Source: Paraspadella gotoi (lineage: Eukaryota; Animalia; Chaetognatha). From it: a stretch of 64,000 nt of DNA. Positions 21,201-31,187 of the stretch are shown one piece after another. The stretch is from contig CM119263.1 of NCBI GenBank assembly GCA_051294375.1, positions 13,780,414-13,844,413 of the forward strand, read 5' to 3'. Within the stretch, counting starts at the first letter, position 1; every line of letters starts with the position of its first letter. The notes under the pieces were generated by a model. The model did no database searches. It worked only from the letters and a program-made list of their open reading frames with translations, and was not told the origin of the DNA. Made by a program: the position numbers and the translations under genes.

Positions 21201-24167
21201 TGATCCAATGATAACATATTGATACGATGATAATGATAATTAATGATGCGATGATAATGAAATAATGATGCGAAATAATGAATTAATGAAGCGATAATAA
21301 ATTTATGATGCGATAATAATGAAATATTGATAGAATGATAACCAATTATTTGTTTTAGAGTCATGATTTTGGCAGAAGATTTAGTAGTTAAGTTTGATTT
21401 GGTCTTTTCAGGCAATAATAAAAGTAAAACCTAATTATTTTCTGAAGTAACATAATATTTATTTTTAAATAAGCACTGATCTTCAGGTGCATAACAAAAT
21501 AACACAAAATTTACAAAACAGTTTTGGCTGAAAATCCATTCTCCTCACTCTGGCCATTTCTTCTCTTCTCTGCCTTTGAATTTATAGGCTTGAGATGACC
21601 TTAAACCAAATGGTTTTTGTCTTTTATTTTCAAAGGTGACCTTAAGAGCCTTATCCCATTCAGTGCTCAAATTTCCTTCATTTCTATTTACTGTTTTAAG
21701 TTTATTCTTTTTAATATGAATACTTTCTAAGGACAATCTTTATAATTTGTTATTTTTTTGTTCTAATATTTTACATTCATCCCAAATAACCCCTGGGTCA
21801 GGAAATTGACAGGTATTAGTACAATCAAAAGATGTTCTAAAATAGCAGAATCTTTTATTTTATTATCTTTACATAATTCTTATGTTCCGATTTTCTTTTT
21901 TCCCACAACCTGTCAGTTTCCCCAATGTACATTTTACCACATTTTAAAGGGATTTGATAAACAATACCAGATTTTTGTTCATCAGGACCGGATCTTTAAG
22001 TTTAATTAGGTTTTGTTTAATTGTATTACAACTTTTTAAGCAGGTAAAATATTAAAACGTTATGGCAAACAGCCGGTTGCCTGTGATTGCCATTGGGATG
22101 GCAATCTCACTGTTGGCTTTGGGGCTTTTCCGACCCTCAGTGACGCCTCAGTCCTGCGCGGTTATAAGGGGAGGTTTTATGTACCAGATAATGAGGGTAT
22201 GTTTGCCTGTGATTAAGATAGGCAATATTAACTAAGAATACTAAAGGTTTCAGTGTTCATTAATATCTTACTTGATGGTTATTTGACTTGACTTTGGCAT
22301 CGGTGAATGAATGCCTCGCTTACTATTTAAACTGTCTTTAAATGTGTATTAGCTAGTTAGCTTTGCCTGAAGTTAGAGAATGAAACACAATTGTACACTA
22401 TTTATTTAATCTCTATTATATTGTGCTTAGGCCTTATTGGAACACAATTTAGCACTATTAGATGATTAACTTGTTAAGAATGTTAATCTTATGCTGATTG
22501 AGCTCTGAATAAGGAGAAATGGACTCTAAAAAGAGAGTGCGTCCCCCAAGAACCAAAGCTGAATAATGGTTTTAACTTCTGAACAAATAAGGAATCCACT
22601 AAATATGGAGCAAGTCCAAATCTTTAAGTAATAAAATGTTAACGTATTAATTATTAATTAATTAGTTAAAATATTACTATGACTCATGTTAATCATTAAC
22701 ATTGCTAAAGACTATATTTAACTTACTGAAAACCATGACGAACTAATACCAAAATCCAAAATGAAATTAGACACATTTAGATTCAATACTGCAATACTGC
22801 AGAATGAAGATTGAATCAATGCAATCTCATTTAAGATCATAATTAAATAATCCATCTCTTACACGGTTACCCTAGGACGGTCTCGCTTTGCCAACGCAGA
22901 GGGAAGTCATTAGGACTGTGGATGGAACACTACGCCTGGGATGGTGTGTTCCGCCCTCTGAGCCAATGGATTTGGCTGAAGGATGGTGGAACGTGAGGCG
23001 GTGTGAATATACCGCCACAGGATCCCCGGGCCAAGACATCACTCCAGGTTCCTCAAGCCTGAGAGGTGGTCTGACAAGACTGTTACCAATAGTGGGAGAG
23101 AGAGAGAGAGCGCGAGTTGTGGGGGCATAGGCGTTTGTCGTAGCATACCCCAGGGGCATAGGCGTTTGTCGTAGCGTACCCCGAAGTCGGCAGGGCATAG
23201 GCGTTTGTCGTAGCGTACCCTGAGAAGGTTGCGTGTTCGATAGTAGGGCTCACCACTTATGGCAACAGCTGGGTGTCCTGTGATGCCCCATTGGGATGGG
23301 GCATCTCACTGTTGGCTTTGGGGGCTTCCGACCTCAGTGACGCCTCCAGTCACTGGCGCGGTTACCCTAGGACGGTCTCGCTTTGCCACGCAGAGGGAAG
23401 TCGTTAGGACTGTGGATGGAACACTACGCCTGGGATGGTGTGTTCCCCTCTTTGAGCCAATGGATTTGGCTGAAGGATGGTGGAACGTGAGGCGGTGTGA
23501 ATATACGCGCCAACAACGTTACATATCCTATTTAAAGTAGAAGCTATTACAGGTAATTAACGAAAATTAAATCCTTGGAAAAAAATTTTCAGCATAAAAG
23601 TATAGCAAATTCTATTTTCGTTGTAGTAATATCCTTATAAAAATAAAAAACTTTTGTAAAATATGTTATATGATATTTTAATTTTTAGACCACAAAAAAT
23701 GACAAACGTTTTAGCATATAATTTTTTTCTTGTCGGGAGCTCCACTACTGGACAAGCATGCGCAATTGCGCATTGCGCACCGTACCTTTTTCTAAGCGAG
23801 GTGTCGGAATTCGTCGAGGACGCCTGTCGTGTCACAGGAATCATCTTGAGAACTGCGTTGTCCGGAAGTCTGTAGTCCTCCACCGAGAAACCATCTCGCA
23901 AATACTCTCCATTGTACCTATAACAGGGGCATAAATCTGTATGAGATGCTACATACCTACGCAAGTACCAGATCTATGTGATATTTGTTCATCATTATGA
24001 GCCAAAGTACGTCAATTTCCTTACCTTAACTGAAAGTGACTCAGTTTGTCTAGTTCGTACAGCATGTGAAGTAAGTGAGCGCGAACCCGCGCCATTGTAT
24101 CCGTTGGTTTGCACATTACAACGAACGTCTTCATGAGTATCCGACGGTTAACGATATAAAGCAGCAT
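18267..24167 (-). CDS. Uncharacterised ~660-aa protein: N-terminal ubiquitin-like domain, 3-4 predicted TM helices, armadillo/HEAT-like C-terminal region
   Basis: 11 phase-compatible exons: 24167-24025, 23917-23786, 20955-20813, 20731-20533, 20407-20271, 20187-20120, 19999-19846, 19775-19660, 19588-19328, 19261-19081, 18715-18267 (1983 nt). Ubl-like pattern CKPTDTMARVR...QLRYNGEYLRDGFSVEDYRLPDNAVLKM. Hydrophobic segments lie in exons 4-6. ARM-like helices include EGMAAIVDLL and NGIEALLKLV. Confidence 0.75.
21545..22060 (-). mobile_element. Penelope-like retroelement remnant, GIY-YIG endonuclease / C-terminal part
   Basis: Minus-strand translation NTIKQNLIKLKDP...SGIVYQIPLKCGKMYIGETDRLWEKRKSEHK...SAILEH...LESIHIKKNKLKTVNRNEGNLSTEW matches the VY...YIGET, SAI.EH and ES.HI...NR.EG layout of the PLE endonuclease. 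It is frameshifted and appears to continue at 23520-23555 beyond the TRIM. Confidence 0.8.
22061..23515 (-). mobile_element. Miniature non-autonomous LTR retrotransposon (TRIM-like), tRNA-Trp primed
   Basis: 5' LTR 23515-23258 (258 bp). 3' LTR 23019-22865 plus 22164-22061, split by a ~700-bp insert. Ends are TGT(T)GGC...GCCATA, with a 4-bp TSD ACGT at 22057-22060 and 23516-23519. PBS TGGTGAGCCCTAC lies 2 nt after the 5' LTR. The 238-bp non-coding interior has three ~28-bp repeats. Confidence 0.8.
22165..22863 (-). mobile_element. Degenerate AT-rich insert in the TRIM 3' LTR, possibly the Penelope RT C-terminal region
   Basis: Flanked by CGGTTA direct repeats (22159-22164, 22864-22869). Only weak, indel-ridden resemblance to PLE RT-end motifs (FNLHS, ISF.D, terminal LPY). 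Confidence 0.35.
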
Positions 24168-24585
24168 ATTCCTATTCTCAGGGGATGATTAGATACTCGA
24201 TATTCCTTTTCTTAGAACAATTGAGGAATGAGGATGATGATAATTTGGAATACACGTAACTGCTTTTAATTTCCATAGCAACGAGTAAACTAATTCGAGT
24301 TTAGAAACCCGGACGAATTTGTTTCAAACGCGGATCGAGCGAGCAAACCTGGCCGAGAAAAATGAACGAATGTTCGGTTTGCATGTTAAAGCTCGAGCGA
24401 AAAGAAGGATCAGACGAAGCGAATTAGATCCGGGGGATGGCGAGTAGAGGAAGAGGACAACGGAAGAGAAATTCTATGTTGCCGAGACTGTTTCCGGGAA
24501 TAAATGACCTTCCTCCCTTTGGAGGACAAAGATTCCAACGTTTCGACTCGAAGTCACAACCTTCTCGGCGCGTTCACGTTGCTCA
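24168..24585. promoter_or_regulatory. Putative bidirectional promoter / 5' UTR region
   Basis: Only ~420 bp separate the divergent start codons of the Ubl-TM-ARM gene (24167, -) and the COA4-like gene (24586, +). The call is positional inference only. Confidence 0.45.
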
Positions 24586-24954
24586 ATGACTCCTATTTTA
24601 ACCATCAAAGTAGAAAAGGTTTCGAAGAAGTCAAATGGAAAGGAGGCGTCAATCGGAGAGTCGGCGGAAGCGGCGTCGAAAAACGCATTGACCAAATCAA
24701 GCGAGTACGAAGTGGAAAAAAAACCCGACAACGATCAAACAGGTTGAAAATTTGCGTTATTATTTATGGGAAACCCTGGGAAGCATTAATCATTGATTTT
24801 TTATAAGTAGATTTTCTTAAATCCCAAATGCACAGAACGAAGTGGATGCAACAAAAATCGAGATGCACTCCACACGTGCTTGGTTGCCTTCAAAGATTGG
24901 TCGAAGAGTCAAGACTTAGTAACTTTATTAAAAGACTGCCTACAAACTAACTGA
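24586..24954 (+). CDS. COA4: COA4-like (CHCH / twin CX9C) cytochrome c oxidase assembly factor, ~91 aa
   Basis: Exons 24586-24742 and 24836-24954 (GT-AG, phase 1). Exon 2 reads ERSGCNKNRDALHTCLVAFKDWSKSQDLVTLLKDCLQTN*, matching the COA4 pattern RSGC-x9-C...DW..C-x9-C except for a Ser at the third Cys. Absent from the ORF track because of the intron. Confidence 0.7.
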
Positions 24955-26066
24955 AAATGTTCAACAAATTTGGCTCATTTGGGAACAAATGATTCGAATA
25001 AAGACGACGACGACGAAGGCTTTGAACTTTGTGACCCGTAGTGGTCAGTAAGAATGACCATTCGTATCCGAACAGAATGACCATGTTATGGCTGACCTTT
25101 TTCAGCTTAGTGACAATACAATTGAAAATCTTTTAATGCTTTAACTAGCCACTTATTCTATTCTATCAGGCTATAGATAAACACTTGAATCACCAGATCA
25201 TTTTGTTGAGTGATTTTTATAATTTATAATATAAGGAATTAAAAAAGTTAAAACCAAAGAAAAGAAAAGAAAAGATATAGCCAGTTTAAAGCATCTAAAG
25301 ACGAAAAAAAATACAACTTGTACTAAAATAAAGTGAACAGTGAGACGAAAAAGCGACAAATTCTGGTATTGAGTTCCGCCAAAGCTATTTATTCATTTTT
25401 GATAATGTTTACCGAGGATTATTTTTTATTCGCTTCGGCATCATACATTAATTAAAGAAATTGTCCGTGGTTTGTTTATAGTTTTGGAGCAACTGCAGTC
25501 CTTTTGTTTAGCAATGCTAGAAATAAATATTATAAAAAATGTTTTTGATTCACTATCTTATATCGCGAATAATTCCGTACAGAGAAAATATGGCACTTTT
25601 CAGTCGAGGGCTGGCGGCGGGAAAACAAAAACTAACGTGCTTTGTGCGATCATTCATAGAAACAACTCTTGAAAACGATACACTCATATAGGATGTGTAA
25701 CAGTTATCGCCCCGTTTAAAAATTTATAAAAATATTTTAAATTAATTTGGGAAACAGAAGTGGTTAAATCCAAGTCGCAATTCCTATTTTTATCTTTTAA
25801 AATTTAAAAAACACATTTCTTATAATCAAAGAGTGCCTGAAAACCGCCAACATATTCTTCCTAGAAAAAATTTCACTGCGGAAACGTGTAAGAAATCACG
25901 AATTCGTAGGAAAATAAAGAAAGTGAAAAATTCCATCGTCGGGTCAGTTCCTTTACAAGAATTCTAAGGGAGCCATTAAAACGAGAACTCGTCGTCGAGG
26001 GGGTCAACAGGTGGGGCTTCCTTCCTCGACGGCGTGAGCGGAATAGACGGCGGTGGATAACTATTC

Positions 26067-29000
26067 TTAAGAGGCTTCCTCCTCCGCCCCATTGGCTCCG
26101 TTGGTCTCTCGGAACGATGATGGTAGAACGTACTTGACGTAGGGAACTTCAACGTCGTTACCTTCCGGGTCGTCGCAGCAGAGTTCGATGGTGAGAGCGT
26201 GAACGTGTGACGGAATGCGCTTTTTTGAAACCTAGAGGCCGATGAATTCGAAGAATTATCAAATTTACAAATTTACGTTCACGTGCAGCCGTAAAGGAAA
26301 AATGGCGGGCACCTTCTGCACGACGTCTGTTAGCATCATGGCCTTCCGTTCGACCATTTTATCCTTGGGCATGAAGAAAGAATAAAGCATCGTCACCCCT
26401 TGAGACATCATCGTGATGGTCAGGCTGTGCTCTTTCTGCGAATATGAATGAATCAAAGATTTAAATATTTACATTGCGGAAAATCCAAACGTCTCATGAC
26501 TTCTAATTCTACTCACTTGAAAATAGTCAAGAAAGGCGCCCAACGTGATGTCGCCTTCGACACGGAAACAATCCCATAGGGTGAACTTGGTTCCCATGTA
26601 ATCCTTGACCGGAGCGGCGATGGGTTCGGAAAAAGCAAAGAAGGGCAAGGCCAGATTGACGAAGCCGTTCTTGTAAGACTCAATCTTCTTGTGTCCTTGG
26701 ATGACTTTGTACAACTCCAGGCAGTCCAGGCCGGTTACTAATGAGGTCGTCGTCGCGATGGCCGGAATTATTTTTCCTAGAAGTCAGAGGGCGGTTGTTA
26801 CTTCTGAGATTAACCGAGCTGACTCGATATACCCAATGTTCTCAAATGATGAAAATAAACCAACCCGCGATGAGCTTGCTCTTCCTCCTATCGGCCGGAG
26901 GAATGTCATAGTTTTCCGCTCTGAGGTTAGAGCAGGCGACAATGAAGTCCATGTGGAGGTTGTTGTCATCGTCCTTCTCGAAAGAGATCGGATTCATGGC
27001 GAGAGCTTTGCTCGGCTGAGGAATGGCGGAAATCACCTTGTCCATCCTGTCCTGGTCCACCTGTTCGTTAATAAAACGATAAGGGTACTTTCAAAATATT
27101 AGGCCATTTCAATAGCTTTAATAGCGTTTAAAACGTCAATTAAGAATTTCTTACTTGATTGCTACCCGCTTGCGTTAGTTCGGAATCGTTTACGGCTATT
27201 TTTACGCCCGAAACCGGCTTAAAGGGAGGCACCTCAACTTTCACTACGGAAGCTTTGACTTCGTCCACTTTGCGATTCTACAGGTAACCAGGTAAAGAAA
27301 AAAAATAATCCATGCGTCCAATAACCCCCCGCCCCCTCAGCCACCGGGCCTCCACCCATTCCGCACTCAACACTCCTCACCTGCGGAATCTTGTACATTT
27401 CAGCTCTGAGGTTAGCGCCGGTGAAGACGTAGCTGAAATGCGTATCGTTGTCGATGTCGAAAATGAGCTCATGGGGACATTTTTTAGGCCCGGACCAAAA
27501 CAAACTGCCAGATGTTGTCGTTTGATCTTTCGGGAAATTATGAAGTAGTTGGAGGATCTGCGGAAAAAAACGGTAGCTGGCGTTAATAAACCGATTTAGA
27601 ATCGCCGCATTGGTTATCCATCTTTGCCTGGTTGCGGTAATCCTTCTCCCACTGCAGCCTCGCCCATTTAACGCAATCGTCGAAGTTTTTGGGCTTGTCG
27701 AGGGTAAGGCTGTTGGCAATATTAGAGAACGTTTCCATAGGCTGCTCTCCCTGCTGTCTCATGGTCCGCTCGACAAATTTTGGGTCGCTGTCGGTGAATA
27801 AAACAAAATTCAAGTAATAAGTCATAAGTATTCATACAGCATAAGCAAAGGAAAACCGAGGCCTACCCAATGTAATTATTGACATCTACAGCGGGTTGCG
27901 TAAAAAACCCTTCGAAGGCGTCCCTCGCCCACTGAAGGGTATGCTCGATGGCGTTAGGAAAATTCTTGAGAGTGCAGATTGGGATGGATTTTTCAGGAGG
28001 ATCTTGAGAGGAGCCGTAGGATTCGGTGAGGTGAGGAATGACGGATTGAACGTTACCTGAAAAAAAATTACACTTGAGAATGAAAAAGGGGCTTCGACAA
28101 TTAAAAGGCGTTCCCATAACATTTTCTTGATTTATTGTTTATTTTTTGTTGTCTTAAAAATGGGCTTTGCATTGAAGACCCTGATTTGAACCCGTGTCAC
28201 ATGTCTCACCCTTGGTCCCCAACGTTCCAGACTCCATTAAAGGCTTGCAGTAGTAGACGCATCTTCGGTCCATATAGTGACGAGCTTCGACGTTGTCGAG
28301 GGCGTTGGCGACTCCGTGGAGGCGCTCGAAAAAGTCGTCGTCGTAAACGTTCTCCGTTTTGGATCCGACGAGATTTTGGTGGGCGGTCACTTTAATAGCT
28401 GGACAAAAGAAAAAAGATTAAGTTTAAAAATCCTTAATGTTAAATATTTAAAAAAAATTACCGGGATTCATGACTTTGACGGCGGCCGCAGCGGTGCTGG
28501 ATTTCATCTTGGTTACGTCCCAAGGACGGAACAGGAACTGTCTGTTTAAATTGGACTTTTCAATTGTGTCCCCATCTGGATAGAGAAAATTTAATATATT
28601 GGTAATTTTGAAGGGGAATAATAATAATTTCCGAAAAAAATCAAGTCATACCAGTGACGATGATTTCTCCCTCCGGTCCACTACCGAGTCCCATAAGGGC
28701 AAAGTTTTTCAGGAGTTCACAGCCAATAGCGCCGGAACCAACAACGAACCAACGCTGGTTCTCAAACAATCTTTGAATATTTTCACCAAAGACCGCGATC
28801 TTTAGAGGAATACAAAAATATAAATTAATAATAACTTGACCAACAAAATAGATAATCTTTGTGTTTTTATTATTGTCAACAATAACTTTTCAGTATTCAC
28901 TAATCACAAAATGGGTTGCATCTGGGAAGGAGGAAAATTGCTAAATTTGCACGCGTAAATAATGCTAATTTTATGCACCTGTCCGTCGTAGCGCGAATCC

Positions 29001-31187
29001 CGGGGTTGAAACTTTTCAGCCTCCACGGCGTCATCTCCGGATTCGGGAAGACACTCAAGAGCGTCAAAGTAGAAGTCTTGCTTTAATGGACCAAACTTGC
29101 CCGAACAAGCCTTCATCACTTCCTGAGCGGTGATTCCACCTGGCAAACAAAAAAATCAGAAATGCCAAAAGTGGCTATCCGACCAAAATTAATTTTAAAT
29201 TTTATTTAAAATTTTTTTTTTCAAATGTTTTTATTGTAAGGACTATGTATATTCTCTTGTTTTCGAGGTCATTTGATTCGCATACATTTTTAAAATATAC
29301 TTTAAAAATATTCATACCAATAACAGCTTGCATGGGGCTTAAATCTCCGGTAGCTTGGGAAGCCAAATGGCTCAGAAGAGATTTATCAATGGCTTCAGGT
29401 CGCGAATTTTCTGGAAAATAAAAAAATTTAAAATGCATTCTTGAAGAGATTACGTTCGACCGATCCATGCAATAGCACCTTTTGTCGACGACCGCACATC
29501 TTCGCAAAGTTTCAAAAAAATAGCCAAGTCATCTTCGTTCTTAGGCGCGGGGAGGCGCCGGTGCTCCGCTTCGAAGCGATGCAAAGCTTGGAAGCCCAGA
29601 TGGAGCTGCTGGGGCCGATCGAACTTGGCAAAGTCCGAAATGACCGGCTCCCCGATATCGGCGAGGCACTCCGATAACGAACGGAAGGATATCGACTTCG
29701 GCATCTTAACCTAATAAATTCGGATGAGAGTAAATAGTGTTAAAAATTTGAATAGTACAAATAACGTGAAAAGTGAAGTAGATACTCTTTTAGCAAAGAA
29801 CCTGAGTGACGACTCCTCCTGAGATGTAAGGACTCATCTCCGTGGTGTCGCCGATAGTCAATGTGTAGGGGCTGGGAACTTTGATCTTGACGGGATCACA
29901 ACCATTCAATTGGTCCATGCCTTTGATCTCCGAGAAGGTAACGTAGTCGCCGTCCTGCAAGTCGTGGCGATGCTCGTCCAAGCAGGTTACGACCCCTTCC
30001 TGCTCCTGACTCACGCTCGAGATCATCGCTGACTTTGGCTGCTCACCGTCGATATCCACGCATACAAAATCTTGGCCGAAGTCACAGAAAATGTGGCTGA
30101 AAACGAACAATGACATTTAAGGGAGGACTAACCGGTAACCATTGACCAAGAGGCGCGCATGAAAAGATATAAGTTCATAAATGAATCTTTGCACATCCAT
30201 ATATTTTACGCTTTACTTCGCGAGTTCTCACCCGAAAAGACCCCTGGTGTCGGCGACTATAAATGCGGCTCCTTTGCTACGACAAATGTTGTCGATTCTG
30301 ATTTGTTCCTCCAACGAAGAGGAGGTTAAAACCACGACGCCGAATTCAAGGACGAACTTATCCGTCAATTCGCCCGAGTACGCCGTGACAGGGACGTACG
30401 AGTTAAGTTCCGCCAGGCGAGGGCAACATTGCTCCGCGCGATTCTTGCCGATGTCGGTCTCACTGAATGTAAAATCAAGGATCAGTTTAAATCTAAGTAC
30501 AGTACGTAGTAAGAGCGACCCAGCCAAATTGATAGCACTTCTCACCGCAAGAAAAACTGAGAGCCAAGATCCTGGACGGCAGTGACTTTGGAGTCATGAA
30601 CCGTGACCGACTTAACACCGGCGAGGACGACGTTTTTGGCAATCTCGACGCCGAGTCCACCCATGCCGGAAATGAGGACGTCGGAGGCGGCCATCCGCCT
30701 CATAGCCTCCTCTCCCATAACGTACAGCTGGCGCGAGTAAAGCGCCTCGTCGATATCGGAGACAGGGGCATCGCCATTAGCGGCCCCGTTCACCGTTGGT
30801 TTCGACATAATGGGCAGGTGTCCGGTTCCGTTGCTCAGGGTGGAGGGTGTCACGCCGTTGGTTTCCGCACCCTGAATAACAGTTGTGCATGACAAAATAT
30901 ATATCATAAGGTTCTCCTCAATTCTATTAAAAGTAATGAGTTATTTTAGAATTTAGGTTTCCCAACGTCATAACTCAGTCGATGCTTATTAAAACCACAT
31001 AAAATATAAAAAGAAAATATCAAAAATTACATCCATTAGATTAATCAATAATCATATAATACATGCTATTGACCTGCGCGATCCTACGCTTTTTTTGAGG
31101 AGGGCTAAGTGAGGAACGATTCGGAGAGGAATTCACTTCAGAGGCGTTCGTTGATTCTTTATCGTTTCCACTGAGGGGAGAAGACAT
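26067..31187 (-). CDS. UBA1: Ubiquitin-activating enzyme E1 (~1098 aa, 18 coding exons)
   Basis: Motifs [50 protein letters not shown], catalytic-Cys peptide [48 protein letters not shown] and EVPYVKY. Exons 31187-31074, 30871-30546, 30462-30232, 30096-29802, 29710-29479, 29410-29318, 29139-28979, 28799-28652, 28575-28462, 28398-28210, 28056-27867, 27787-27628, 27557-27381, 27277-27155, 27060-26865, 26776-26517, 26435-26313, 26231-26067 sum to 3297 nt in frame. Confidence 0.97.

Noticed and set aside
21400-21500. Hammerhead ribozyme at the Penelope 3' end (CTGAAGA on the minus strand)
   Set aside because: No properly spaced GAAA or stem II could be found.
23035-23075. Twister-like GGTTCCTCAAGCC motif
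   Set aside because: Lacks the upstream UAA and pseudoknot pairings.
23120-23221. Three ~28-bp direct repeats resembling a mini CRISPR array
   Set aside because: Spacers are only a few to ~12 nt, the context is eukaryotic with no cas genes, and they lie inside the TRIM.
23223-23255. tRNA-like T-arm sequence ending in CCA as a tRNA gene
   Set aside because: Only a degenerate 3' half is present, positioned as a primer-binding site.
28555-28660. UBA1 TDGDTIEK instead of TDMDTIEK
   Set aside because: This position varies among E1 enzymes, so it is not informative.
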